NCBI GenBank assembly: GCA_038279365.1
Contig: JAYODI010000013.1
Location: 23,406 to 87,405 of the forward strand
From: Candidatus Latescibacterota bacterium
GTDB lineage: Bacteria > Latescibacterota > UBA2968
Reading direction: 5' to 3'
DNA length: 64,000 bases
In this document: positions 29,203 to 40,100 of the stretch, piece by piece
Position numbering within the stretch: position 1 is the first letter of the stretch
Layout of the letters: the number at the start of each line of letters is the position of its first letter
Made by a program: the position numbers and the translations under genes
The notes under the pieces: generated by a model
The model's database searches: none
What the model was told of the DNA's origin: nothing
The model's input: the letters and a program-made list of their open reading frames with translations, nothing else

Positions 29203-31395
29203 CTACACCAACGTATCACCCAACTTTATAGCCTTACCATTCCAACGCAACGTATCACCATTTACCAAAATCAAATTCTCAATCTTACCATCCCCCACCA
29301 TCATTCCACCCGCCTCCGCATTTGTTTCCCCTAAACCGGCTCGAATCAATCCCGTGCCCAATTCAGCTTGCACAAAATAAAACGCCTTGCCATCATCAAA
29401 TCCCACACGTCCAGCAATGGCCGCCCGTTCCCCCTCTGCCATGACCGGAAATGTATCGACTTGCACCACGGGCGACTTTTCACCTGCACGAATGGGGTAC
29501 AACACATAAGACATCACCACAGTGCCCTTGCCCTGCGCTTTAAAAACTGGTGTGGGAATGGGCTGACATTCATAGGGCTTGCCACGCGGTATCCAACCTT
29601 GCACAATGGGTTCTTCTTGCCCTGAAACCACCTCAATCGAAAATTCTGTATTGGCAATGCCATAAATACCAAAATTGCTTTCACCGACCCCATTTCGCGT
29701 TTCTACTCCCCGCCCATCTTGAACCAACGCCGCACCATCGGCATCCAAATGAAACATTGCGTCATAGGTATGTACATTTTCATCCGAAGCCTTCAAAAAA
29801 TCGGTCACAATCCAAAAGTCGGGCTTTACAAACAGAATAGATCGTGTATGTGTCACCGTTGTGTCGCGTTCGGGGCCATATCCCAAATCATAACTGGCCG
29901 ACACATAGTCAAAATGTTTTTCTGAAATCCACGTATGTGGCAAAGGTTCTGACACCACATATTCTTCACGAGGTTTTCCGCGCTGATTTTGCTCCAGACC
30001 ATCGACCATCACCGTATTATGCGCCCGAGTGGACAATACATAGGCACGCCATTGCGACGAATCATATGGGTAATTGCCAGGGTCAACAACATGCACGCGA
30101 CCATAGGCATACACCATCATATTCAATTTGTCTTCATGTTGGTGGCCATATCCAAACGGCCCACCATCAAAAAACAAATACCGATCTTGTTCATCCCATC
30201 CAGATCGCATCACAAAATGCCCCGCATAAGGAAACGCACTCGACACATTGGCAGGTGCAGTACCCTCTTTACGACCCGTTGCCGCCCATTGAAAATCTTT
30301 GCGTTTAGGGAAAAACTTAAATCCACCTCGCAAATACGTGCTGATATCGGTCTGACCGCCATCATTGAGTGCAGGCATCAACAAATTGGGCATGGCCATA
30401 AACAAATCGTAGTGGTACATGCGCTCCAATTTATCTACAAAATCATCCGGTACAGGCATCCCATTCAGTTGCCCAATCGCATATCCCATCACAAAATTGC
30501 GCAAGCTCACCTGATGATATCCACTTGAAAGTTCTATTTGCGCCCCATCGGGATACACCTGTGCGTCCAATTCCAAATACAACGATTGTATCGCCAAATC
30601 GCGCCATTTTTCAGCTTCTTTAAACTCTGGAAACAACACCCCCACATGATATTGCCCATTGGCCTGCATCGTTTGCCAATTGCCCCCCCGTGGCCACAAC
30701 GTTAAATGTCGGGCGTGTTCCACCATACTTTTAACCATCAAACACACATCGTCATTGGTAAATGTGGGAGATGACAAAAAATAATAAAAAGCCGCAGGCC
30801 ATGTTTGCCCCATCCGAATGCCACACTCAATGGTGCGCCAGCAATTCGTTTCAGACGTTCCCATCTTGGCATCGGTTTTCCACCCATTGCCATCTTCACC
30901 CACAGGCACCAACACATTTCCAATCCAATGGCGCATCTGCCTCACAAATGCTTGGGCATATTTTTCATCACCCGTTTTCCAATAGGCCTGCCCCAGTGTC
31001 ACCCAAAAAGGATGACGCGACAACTGCCACGTCCACTCTTTGTAATTAATTGGGTCCAATTCCCAGTTGATCTCATCGCCAAAGTCTTGTTCCACCCGGC
31101 AACTGGTAAGCACATTGGCCACAATGCGATCGGCAAAATCCAAATCCACATTTTTGATGGCACGATCCCCCACCCGCACCAACTCCACCTCGGCATCGCG
31201 ATCTTGAGGCTCAGAACGGTTCTTCCAATCGGCAAACCAAATCGGCTTTTCACGGCTGCGCACATGTTCGGCAAACGCCTTTTTTGCACCTGCCCAATCG
31301 CCCGTATCAACAGCCACCTTCACCGCTTTTAAATCTTCACGCGACAAATCCATTGCATCGAAAAAATCCTGATCACTTAATCGGGGGCCATTCAT
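29203..31395 (-). CDS. Heparinase II/III family lyase (PL12-like), no signal peptide
   Basis: EWTWQLSRH, WRTIECGIR, GNW, QVYPDG.Q.ELS..YH, MRSGW, HQHEDKL, STRAHNT. Confidence 0.85.
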   Translation of the reverse strand: MNGPRLSDQDFFDAMDLSREDLKAVKVAVDTGDWAGAKKAFAEHVRSREKPIWFADWKNRSEPQDRDAEVELVRVGDRAIKNVDLDFADRIVANVLTSCRVEQDFGDEINWELDPINYKEWTWQLSRHPFWVTLGQAYWKTGDEKYAQAFVRQMRHWIGNVLVPVGEDGNGWKTDAKMGTSETNCWRTIECGIRMGQTWPAAFYYFLSSPTFTNDDVCLMVKSMVEHARHLTLWPRGGNWQTMQANGQYHVGVLFPEFKEAEKWRDLAIQSLYLELDAQVYPDGAQIELSSGYHQVSLRNFVMGYAIGQLNGMPVPDDFVDKLERMYHYDLFMAMPNLLMPALNDGGQTDISTYLRGGFKFFPKRKDFQWAATGRKEGTAPANVSSAFPYAGHFVMRSGWDEQDRYLFFDGGPFGYGHQHEDKLNMMVYAYGRVHVVDPGNYPYDSSQWRAYVLSTRAHNTVMVDGLEQNQRGKPREEYVVSEPLPHTWISEKHFDYVSASYDLGYGPERDTTVTHTRSILFVKPDFWIVTDFLKASDENVHTYDAMFHLDADGAALVQDGRGVETRNGVGESNFGIYGIANTEFSIEVVSGQEEPIVQGWIPRGKPYECQPIPTPVFKAQGKGTVVMSYVLYPIRAGEKSPVVQVDTFPVMAEGERAAIAGRVGFDDGKAFYFVQAELGTGLIRAGLGETNAEAGGMMVGDGKIENLILVNGDTLRWNGKAIKLGDTLV

Positions 31396-31429
31396 CACAT
31401 CCTCCAATACGTTAAAATATCACAACCGC

Positions 31430-31457
31430 TTGACAAACCACATCACACACTTATACT
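31430..31457 (+). promoter_or_regulatory. Sigma70-like promoter
   Basis: TTGACA-N16-TATACT. Confidence 0.6.
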
Positions 31458-31540
31458 TACACTGCGAAACTGCGAAACAACAAATCTGCGAAACAAAACC
31501 TATTCGTCCATTTGCCTCTACACTTTAAAAATTTCCCAAA

Positions 31541-32977
31541 GTGAACATCATGCACCTACCCAACAACCTCGTTCTCGAAGCCCAAGGCCGTGTTTGCACC
31601 GGCCCCCACCAATCACGCCCGCTTGGCAAAAAAGCCGATGACCCACAACCCGAACCTGTGCTTGAGGCCATTCTCCAAACCCTCCAAGGCCAACACCCGC
31701 AACCTGTTTCAACCGCACAAATGGGTGCTTTTTTTATTGCCATGAATTTGCGCCGAAATTTTCCGGAAGCAACCAACTGGAGCCAGGCAGAAACCCAAGC
31801 GTTTGCCCAATATAATACCTCATTACAAAAACACCTAACACCAGATCTCGCGTTCATTCTTGGTTTAGAGTCTGATTGCGCGGCCGAAACCGAACAAGAA
31901 AAAATAGTTATCGACGCACTCAAAATCATCATGACCGAACAACATTTGTCATACGCACAAACGCGACAAATGTGTGAAGTCATTTTGACCCCTCAGGTGC
32001 GCGATTCCTTAAAAGGGGCCGTGCTTATTGGTCAACGCATGAACCGTGAAACCGACGACGAAGTACGCGGTTATCTCGACTCCGCCTTTTCACCCGACAG
32101 TGTCTACTCCGTCAATGCCACCAACCTCACCCATTTTGGCCAACCCTACAATGGCTCCACACGCTACTTTAAGCCGACCCTCTTTGTTGCGGCCATACGC
32201 GCGGCTCTTGGTCGTCCCAGTGTGCTTCACGGCGTTGACACACTCCCGCCCAAGTGGGGTGTTACCGAAGAGCAAATGCTCACCGCCCTCAACTGTCGCA
32301 CCAACCTTTCTCTGCAAGAAGTCGCCCAAAACCTCGAAAACCCAAACATTGGCTTTGCCTACATCAGCCAACGTGAATACGCGCCTCAAGCCTACTCGAT
32401 TCGTGACATTCGTGCCCACATTGGCAAGCGCCCCCCTTGGTCTGCCACCGAAAAGGCCCAACAAATTTTCTCCTGTACAGGAACCAATCACATTGTGATC
32501 GGCTACTACCACGCCGGTTACGAACGCCCCCTGCTCAACCTCGTTTGGGCGCGCAATTTTCAATCTGCCCTCGCCATCAAAGGCGAAGAAGGCACCAGTC
32601 ATTTTTCTTTGCGCCTTGGCAAACCATCCGACGAAGAGCGCAAAGCCATCAACTATGCCCAAGGGTTCCATCGTCTCAACAACCAACGACAAGATTTTGC
32701 CTGCGATGTCGATCCTGCTCAATACGGCTTGGAACACGATCCCAACCCACGCCCCGAGGCTGTCGATCCACAAACCTTCGTCCAACTCGGTATCGCCGCA
32801 CTATCAGGAGAAAAAGGTCACGTTTACGACCGACTCATTCTCAACACCGCCCTCACCGATCACCTGCTCGGTTTTACAGCAGATCCACATCAAGCCATAA
32901 CCGAAACCCAAAAAGCCATTGACTCTGGGCGTGCATATGCACACCTGCAAAATTATATCACCCAAAATGCAAAATAA
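31541..32977 (+). CDS. Anthranilate phosphoribosyltransferase-like protein (TrpD2/YbiB-like, plant-type architecture)
   Basis: AQMGAFF, IGQRMNRET, PYNGSTR, LHGVDTLPPKWG, IGKRPP..T.EK, KGEEG; the canonical TrpD GTGGD motif is absent. Confidence 0.75.
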   Translation: MNIMHLPNNLVLEAQGRVCTGPHQSRPLGKKADDPQPEPVLEAILQTLQGQHPQPVSTAQMGAFFIAMNLRRNFPEATNWSQAETQAFAQYNTSLQKHLTPDLAFILGLESDCAAETEQEKIVIDALKIIMTEQHLSYAQTRQMCEVILTPQVRDSLKGAVLIGQRMNRETDDEVRGYLDSAFSPDSVYSVNATNLTHFGQPYNGSTRYFKPTLFVAAIRAALGRPSVLHGVDTLPPKWGVTEEQMLTALNCRTNLSLQEVAQNLENPNIGFAYISQREYAPQAYSIRDIRAHIGKRPPWSATEKAQQIFSCTGTNHIVIGYYHAGYERPLLNLVWARNFQSALAIKGEEGTSHFSLRLGKPSDEERKAINYAQGFHRLNNQRQDFACDVDPAQYGLEHDPNPRPEAVDPQTFVQLGIAALSGEKGHVYDRLILNTALTDHLLGFTADPHQAITETQKAIDSGRAYAHLQNYITQNAK

Positions 32978-32994
32978 ATCCTTCCCTTAAAAAC

Positions 32995-33031
32995 AAAAAG
33001 CCCCCAACCAAGTTATTGGTTGGGGGCTTTT
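32995..33031. terminator. Bidirectional intrinsic terminator
   Basis: AAAAGCCCCCAACCAA-gtta-TTGGTTGGGGGCTTTT. Confidence 0.88.
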
Positions 33032-33049
33032 CTACATCGGCATCTGTTT

Positions 33050-33691
33050 TCAATTTCCGGCCCAACGCACCCCTTGCGTAATCACCTGTTGCATCGCGGG
33101 TCGTTCAAATGTATTGGGGCCATGCCCAAGGGTGGTATAAAATACCCGCCCATCCCCGTAGGGTTTTACCCACGCCATAGGATGTTGTTTTTCTGCCCAC
33201 TCGGCAGTTGCCAACACATGAATATCGGGATCCCAAGCAGACATATATATTTCATCTTCTACTTCAAAGTCATCAACACCACGCATAATACGATGATCTG
33301 AGTCTGTAATATGAACCGTAAATGTCAAACCTGGCGGGTGCCAATTTGCATGACCACCAATTAAATCAACTGCTCGCCCACCAATCCACCACGCCGTACC
33401 GTGAATGCCCACCAAGCCTTTCCCTCCTGCAACAAACTTAAAAAGGCCATCTTCCTGTGCTGGCGTCAAATCGGGCACGCGCTTGCTTGAGCCATCAGCT
33501 TGTTTTTCAGAACGCCGAAAACCTGTACCAAATACCATCACATCAAATTCGGCCATCTTATCCGATTGCAAAATGTCTTTATCTTCTTCTATAGTGACAT
33601 CCAAATCGTTTTCTTTGCTTAAAAATGCGTGAATCACCTCTGCACTTTGATTAAATCGATGATTTGGACCCGACAACACAAGCACCTTCAT
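33050..33691 (-). CDS. ThuA-like (trehalose utilization, GATase-fold) protein
   Basis: GGKGLVGIH, HPP, DEIY, YGDGRVFYTTLGH. Confidence 0.88.
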   Translation of the reverse strand: MKVLVLSGPNHRFNQSAEVIHAFLSKENDLDVTIEEDKDILQSDKMAEFDVMVFGTGFRRSEKQADGSSKRVPDLTPAQEDGLFKFVAGGKGLVGIHGTAWWIGGRAVDLIGGHANWHPPGLTFTVHITDSDHRIMRGVDDFEVEDEIYMSAWDPDIHVLATAEWAEKQHPMAWVKPYGDGRVFYTTLGHGPNTFERPAMQQVITQGVRWAGN

Positions 33692-33735
33692 AACAACCTC
33701 CCTGAGAACAATTCAATCATAAAAATCAAGTCACC

Positions 33736-33764
33736 TTGCACATCTCAAAATATCGAAGTATACT
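33736..33764 (+). promoter_or_regulatory. Sigma70-like promoter of the small ORF
   Basis: TTGCAC-N17-TATACT. Confidence 0.55.
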
Positions 33765-33854
33765 TATAAGAAGAACAAATAAGAAACATTAACAGGCTAC
33801 ATATCATCCTACAGATAAATTCATTTTCTTTTTTAATTTGCAGGGAGGGTTGCC

Positions 33855-34046
33855 ATGCAAACGCTAAAAGATGTTTTGAAACGCGAAAACGAACGGGTCC
33901 ACTTAAAAAACGGAGCCATCTGTATATCCATTGTGATCATTGTTGTCTTGCTTGCATTTGGGCTCAAAGGCATGCACTTCGCCTTCCAACAATCGCCCCC
34001 CACAACACCAACCTCTGTTATTACAGATGGTGAAAACAACAACTAA
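33855..34046 (+). CDS. Small single-pass membrane protein of unknown function (63 aa)
   Basis: GGGAGG RBS; one transmembrane segment; flanked by its own promoter and terminator. Confidence 0.7.
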   Translation: MQTLKDVLKRENERVHLKNGAICISIVIIVVLLAFGLKGMHFAFQQSPPTTPTSVITDGENNN

Positions 34047-34055
34047 ATGCACCTC

Positions 34056-34089
34056 ATCGCGAGTCATACGAAATGACTCGCGATTTTTT
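34056..34089 (+). terminator. Intrinsic terminator
   Basis: ATCGCGAGTCAT-acgaa-ATGACTCGCGAT-TTTTT. Confidence 0.85.
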
Positions 34090-34231
34090 GCGCTTGCAAT
34101 ATGTCACCATAAAATGTTTCTGTCAACAGCGAACCCATTGACAAGTTTCTCAAATCCCATTTATATTTCAACACAGATCACCCAACTTCTTTCTTTTATA
34201 TTTATCTTTCACGCCCACTTTGAGCCATGAA

Positions 34232-35158
34232 ATGTCCTATCATAAAATTTGCATCTTCCGCACGGGTGCATTGGGCGACGTCATTCTCACATTGCCCGTC
34301 ATTCATAACCTGCAATACGCATTCCCCCTAACCCACATAGACCTTATTGGCAATCCCAACCTTTTATCTCTTGCACCCACGAATCACATTCAAATCCACG
34401 ACATCAACCGTGCCTTATGGGCACCTTTATTTGCACCCAATGCTCAAATCCCACCAGAGATCACCCACATCTTTCAAAACACCGACCTCGTCATCTCTTA
34501 CTTACCCGATCCCGACCAAGCACTGACTCACAACCTCCACAATTTAGGTGTTACACAAATAGATACCTGCTTGCCACGTCCCCCCAAAACCATTCACGCA
34601 ACAGACCACTTGCTTACCCCCTTGCACAACCGCAACATCCCCACCCCCATCACCCACCCCACCATTCAACTCAACCAAAAAGATTTCCCAGATATTACAC
34701 GCCCACATCCAAAATATGCCACATTGCTCATCCACCCAGGAAGCGGTGGCAAAAACAAATGTTGGTCACCCAACCATTTCGCCATCACCGCAGACACCCT
34801 CATTCGTCAAACAGGATGCCAGGTCTTCCTATCCTCTGGCCCTGCCGATGGCAACTTGGCTGAAAAAATAAGCCATCTTATGACGGAAAAAAATACCCTG
34901 TTGCCCCCTTTGCCCATACGACAATTTGCTGCATTTATGACCACCTGCCAAGCCTATTTGGGCAATGACAGTGGGCCAACACATCTTGCAGCCGCTCTTG
35001 GATTACCCACCCTTGCACTCTTTGGCCCCACCAACCCACAAATATGGTCCCCCCGGGGGCCTCAAGTACACATTATTCAATCTTCCAATCAACACATCAA
35101 TACCATTTTACCCTCCTCTGTTGTCAAAACCCTCACACCACTGCTCTCCCAAACCTAA
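34232..35158 (+). CDS. Glycosyltransferase family 9 (LPS heptosyltransferase-like)
   Basis: GALGDVIL, IHPGSGG..KCW, GNDSGPTHLAAALG.PT.ALFGPT. Confidence 0.9.
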   Translation: MSYHKICIFRTGALGDVILTLPVIHNLQYAFPLTHIDLIGNPNLLSLAPTNHIQIHDINRALWAPLFAPNAQIPPEITHIFQNTDLVISYLPDPDQALTHNLHNLGVTQIDTCLPRPPKTIHATDHLLTPLHNRNIPTPITHPTIQLNQKDFPDITRPHPKYATLLIHPGSGGKNKCWSPNHFAITADTLIRQTGCQVFLSSGPADGNLAEKISHLMTEKNTLLPPLPIRQFAAFMTTCQAYLGNDSGPTHLAAALGLPTLALFGPTNPQIWSPRGPQVHIIQSSNQHINTILPSSVVKTLTPLLSQT

Positions 35159-35185
35159 AGCCAAATTTCACCCGTTTGTTCCCGC

Positions 35186-35214
35186 TTGACTGATCTCCAC
35201 AAACTCGGTAAGAT
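35186..35214 (+). promoter_or_regulatory. Sigma70-like promoter
   Basis: TTGACT-N17-TAAGAT. Confidence 0.55.
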
Positions 35215-35275
35215 TATATGCTCAAATATCTCACAAGTTGATTTTATCTTAACCCATACAGCTTATATCCTCTTT

Positions 35276-35632
35276 ATGAAATCACTCCTCTTAGTGGATC
35301 ACGGATCTCGCCGAGCCGAAGCCAATAACATGCTCGAAGATGTTGCCCATATCCTACGCCAAAAACGTCCAGGTCTGATCATCCAGATTGCCCACATGGA
35401 ACTGGCCGAGCCTACCATCGCACAAGGCATCCAAGCATGTGTTCAAAACGGTGCAACAGAAATTATCGTACACCCCTATATGCTTTCACCTGGCAGACAT
35501 GCAACTCAAGACATTCCCCAAATGGCACAAGAAGCCGCCCAAGCGTATCCCAACATCACAGTCACCACAACTGCCCCCTTGGGCCTTCACGAAAAATTAG
35601 CCGACGTTGTGCTCGAACGCACCAACCTATAA
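35276..35632 (+). CDS. Single-domain CbiX/SirB sirohydrochlorin chelatase
   Basis: VDHGSRR..AN, AHMELAEP, PYMLSPGRH..DIP, PLG.H. Confidence 0.88.
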   Translation: MKSLLLVDHGSRRAEANNMLEDVAHILRQKRPGLIIQIAHMELAEPTIAQGIQACVQNGATEIIVHPYMLSPGRHATQDIPQMAQEAAQAYPNITVTTTAPLGLHEKLADVVLERTNL

Positions 35633-35667
35633 TCTCATAAAAAACACTTCACCTACTTGGAAATCCT

Positions 35668-36852
35668 ATGTCCGCCCCACCACAAACATCACTTCGTCGT
35701 GTCTGGTATGTCACTGGTGCACACTTGGCCATTGACTTTTACATGACACTCACCCCTCCCTTGTGGGCCTTTTTTCAAACCTACTTCTCGCTCACAGTGG
35801 CACAATTTGCCTATTTGCCATCAGCCATTGTTTTTTGTGGTTCCATCACCCAACCCTTCATGGGCTATTTTAGCGATGGCCGCAACCGCATGGCCCTTGT
35901 GGCTCTCGGCGTTCTTATTTGTGGTGTATTCGTCTCCTGCATTGGCTTTGCTCCTTCTGCGCTATTCTTAGCTCTCTTCTTAATCTTTGCTGCTTTTGGA
36001 TCATCCCTTTTCCACCCCACCGCAGGTGGCTTGGTCACGGCACTTGCCCCCAAACGTGCCAACTTGGCCATGGCCATCTTCCTTACGGGTGGCACATTGG
36101 GCATGACATTGGCCTCTGTGGCAGGCACCCAAATTGTTGAAAATTACGGCTTAGAATACCTCTACCTCATCGCCATTCCCGCCCTCATTATTGCCCCCAT
36201 ACTCTACTATCAATCGCGCCAAATGTCATTGGGCGAACACAACACCAATGCCGGAAAAATAGACTTTTCCGTCTTGCGTGCTGCCGAAACACGCCCCCTT
36301 TGGACACTTTATTTCATCAGCGTCTTTCGCTCCGTCATCCACACAGGTTTTGTCAGCTTTACGGCCATCTTAGGCGCTTCACGCGGTTGGTCCACTGGCA
36401 CCATCGGCTGGATATTCTCTGGCTACTTACTTGCCAGCACCATTGGTCGTCTATCAGGCGGTTACCTTGCCGACCGCATGTCTCAACGCAAACTATTGGC
36501 CTTTTCTTGTGGTTCATCGGCCATCTTTCACGCCGCCTTTTGCCTCACCGACGGCCCTCTTTCCATTGCTTGCCTTTGGATCGCGGGCTTCACCTTCGAC
36601 TTAGGCATCACCACCAACATCGCCCTTGCCCAACGCTTTCTCCCTCGCAATACCAGCACGGCCACAGGCCTCATGATGGGCTTCTCCTGGAGCGTTGCTG
36701 GCATCGCCATGTTAGGAGTAGGTCGCGTAGCCGAATGGACATCCATTGCCACCGCACTTACAGGCGTCTCCCTCTTTCTCATACCCGCCACCCTCTTAGT
36801 GGCCCTCTTACCCTCCGAATCCCAACGCGCCAATACCATCGCCGCCGACTAA
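35668..36852 (+). CDS. MFS transporter (Fsr-like)
   Basis: H.AID.Y, QPFMGY.SD, GSSLFHP, GGYLADR; about 12 transmembrane segments. Confidence 0.85.
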   Translation: MSAPPQTSLRRVWYVTGAHLAIDFYMTLTPPLWAFFQTYFSLTVAQFAYLPSAIVFCGSITQPFMGYFSDGRNRMALVALGVLICGVFVSCIGFAPSALFLALFLIFAAFGSSLFHPTAGGLVTALAPKRANLAMAIFLTGGTLGMTLASVAGTQIVENYGLEYLYLIAIPALIIAPILYYQSRQMSLGEHNTNAGKIDFSVLRAAETRPLWTLYFISVFRSVIHTGFVSFTAILGASRGWSTGTIGWIFSGYLLASTIGRLSGGYLADRMSQRKLLAFSCGSSAIFHAAFCLTDGPLSIACLWIAGFTFDLGITTNIALAQRFLPRNTSTATGLMMGFSWSVAGIAMLGVGRVAEWTSIATALTGVSLFLIPATLLVALLPSESQRANTIAAD

Positions 36853-37029
36853 TCGCCCATGAAAAATCTACTCACACAAAAACCATCCCACCGCGTCAAT
36901 CCATCAACGATTTTCCGCGCCAAATCCGTGGTCCACAATCTCTATAAACACCTCCTCAGGTTGCAGGCTATCTTATTCCATGAACCCTCACAAGTGATTT
37001 GCAGAAAATCAGCCCCCCCGGCACTTGAT

Positions 37030-37091
37030 GGGCGACTGTTTGTCCCACTTTTTAGTCGTTTACAAAGTGGGGCGCCGAAGGCAACTCGCCC
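37030..37091 (+). other. Structured non-coding element with pseudoknot potential upstream of the S8 protease gene
   Basis: CCCACTTT/AAAGTGGG stem whose loop AGTCGTTT can pair with the upstream GGGCGACT; GCC-GAA-GGC hairpin; alternative GGGCGA/TCGCCC stem. Confidence 0.45.
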
Positions 37092-37143
37092 AAATAAACC
37101 GCCCCAAAATTTCACAAACGCACCATTCATCACAAAACCGACC

Positions 37144-40100
37144 ATGTTTTGTCTTTTTTTGATTTTTTCTTTTTTGATTTTTCCTTGCGCCACCTCCCAT
37201 TCCCAACCTTTCATCACCCCAGGCGAAATCCTCGTCAAGTTCCACAATGCCACCACCAAACCCACATCCACCGAACTGCAAAACATCGCCCAACAATACG
37301 GCGTCATCCAAATCGAACCACTCACCCCAGCACGCCTCACCAAACCTGCATATCCCCACCCCTTTACCAACCTCTACAAAATCCACCTCACAGGTGACCC
37401 CATTGCCGCCGCCCATGCCTACAGCCAACACCCTAACATTGCCTATGCCCAACCCAATCATTTGTTTTTCCCCCAAGAAACCCCCAACGACCCCCAATAC
37501 ACGGTCCAATTCAGCCTCTCCAACATCAACTGGCAAACCCTCTACGACGCCTTACCCCCTGCTCAAAAACAAATTATAGTTGCCGTTCTCGACTCTGGCG
37601 TAGACATCACCCACGAAGACCTACAAGCCAACATTTGGCAAAACACCAAAGAAGCCAACGGGCAACCCAACATCGACGATGATGGCAATGGCTACATCGA
37701 CGACATTTATGGGTGGGATTTTACCGACGCCCCAAACATTCCTGGATTTGGCGATTCGACAGAACGCGACAACGACCCCAAAGACGAAACATCACACGGC
37801 ACCAACATTTCGGGTGTGATCGCCGCTGTGACCAACAACAACTTGGGCATTGCCGGCATTGCCCCCAATGCCAAAATTATGCCCCTACGCGCAGGCGCAT
37901 CCCTTCTTGCAGGAGGCAGTTTTTTACAAGAAGATGATCTTGCCGCAGGCATCATTTATGCGGTTGAAAACGGCGCCCACATCATCAACATGAGTTGGGG
38001 CGGTCCAGAAAATGCATTTGTCATTCGCGATGCCCTCACCTATGCCGCAAACCAAGGTCTTGTGCTTGTGGCATCTGCCGGAAACAGCGGAACTCCCAAT
38101 CTCTCATTCCCCGCGGCCAACAACCACACCATTGCCGTGGGTGCAACAGATCGCTCAAATGCCTTGGCCAACTTCAGCAGCACGGGTGCCGCCATAGACC
38201 TTGTCGCCCCCGGTCTCAATGTGCTCACCACCCAACTCAACAACACCTATACCGTACGCTCGGGTACCTCCTTATCGGCGCCCCAAGTATCTGGTCTTGC
38301 GGCCCTCATTTTATCGCGCAACCCCACCCTCAATCCCCAGCAGGTTCGCAGCCTCTTGCGCACCACCGCCAAAGACCTTGGCACACCAGGTTTTGACAAC
38401 AGCTTTGGTGCTGGGCTTATAGATGCAGGTGCATTGGTCACCCTCATCAGCACCGTTCCGCCCACAGTAGAAATTCTCACTCCGGAAAATGAAAGCGGTG
38501 CGACAAACACCGTGAACATCACTGCAAAAATCACAGGAGGTGAAATCACCTCTTATCGCCTCTCATTCGGCATAGGTCGCGACCCCCAATCGTGGACCGT
38601 TCTCAAATCAGGTGCCCCTACCCAAGACATGCAACACACCTGGAACGTAAGCGGTCTTCAAGACACCATAACCATTGTGCGCCTAGAAGCACTTCGCAAC
38701 AATGGGCGCACCCTCGAAGACCGTGTGCAAGTTCACATACAAGCCACAGCACCCACCCTATCGGCACTGGCCTATGGCCCCATCATAGACAAAGAACGTT
38801 TAACCTATGAGTTTCGCTGGCTTACCGACCAACGTGCCCTCGGCGGGGTGGCCATCAAGCCCTTCGGCACCACAACTTTCGATACCCTCTACACGGGCCT
38901 TGTTGATACAGCACACCAACTTCTTCTTCCCAACAACCTACCGGCTGGCCCTCTCACTTTTCAAGTCATAGCCAAAGGCGAAAATGGCAAAACAGGCAGC
39001 GTCACACCACCCGCTTTTACCTATGTGCCTTACCGCATTCCCACAAATGGATACACCGAAGTAGGCACCTTGCCAGACGGTTTTTTATCTGAACGCCCAA
39101 CAGACTTTAATGGAGATGGCCTCCCCGAAATTGTAATCATGCCTTATATCGAAGGCAAAACTTTTGGGCCCGTCAAAATTTTTGAACACCAAACCAACGG
39201 CACCTTCCAAACGGTTTTAACCACCACTGAAAGTTTTTTGCCCTGGGCCATTGGCGATATCACCAACAACGGCAAAGACGATTTATTAGGATCGGCCATC
39301 TTGCAATTTATGGTCTATCAAGGTACCAACACCAATCCCTTTCCTTCCCAACGCATTTTTGATTTAAGCAACACCTGGGGCGGTGAAATAGCCGATACCG
39401 ATGGCGACGGCATCAACAACATTGTGGCGCGCTCGGGCACAGATCGAGGCATTCGCATTTTGCAACGGGGCAATGATGGTGCCATTCGCGAGCAATCCTT
39501 TCTCTTTGACCCCACCACTGGCACAGGCGACTTGGGCACGCGATTTGTTATTGCCGACTTTGATGGCGACGGCAACACCGAAATACTCACAGGCGACGGC
39601 GATGGCGATTTGTGGATCACCGAACACCGTGTGGGCGGATACACCCAAACGTGGCTCTCACACGGTGAAGGAGATACCCGATGGGTGGGCGGGGGCAAAG
39701 ATATTGACAACGATGGTCAAATCGAATTTGCCGTTGCGCGCGCTACCACAGACAGCAACGACGAGTTCAACGGTTATTGGGACCTCGAAATTTACAGCAT
39801 GATTGCCCCAGACCAATATGCCATCGAATGGTCTACCCGCATCACAGGAGTGGCAGCAACAGGCAATGGCATCATCTTTGGAGATGCCGACGGCGACCAA
39901 AAAAACGACATCATCGTATGCCTGCGCCCAGACCTTTACGTCTTTCGATCCGATGCGCCCAACCTCTATCGCCCCATTTGGTACACCCCCGTAAGCCTCA
40001 TGCATCGACCGATGCTGGCTGACCTTAATGCCAATGGACAACCCGAAATTTTATATAATTACAACAACGCCATACACATTGTTGAGCGTTCAGAAACGGC

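Noticed and set aside
31541-32977. Calling this gene trpD
   Set aside because: The GTGGD and KHGN PRPP-binding motifs are missing and no trp genes are nearby
37073-37085. CGCCGAAGGCAA resembling the glycine riboswitch core
   Set aside because: The flanking GGAGA and CUCUCAGG conserved segments are absent
36859-37143. N-terminal 95-aa extension of the S8 protease ORF
   Set aside because: The signal peptide begins at ATG 37144; the upstream part looks non-coding and contains a structured element
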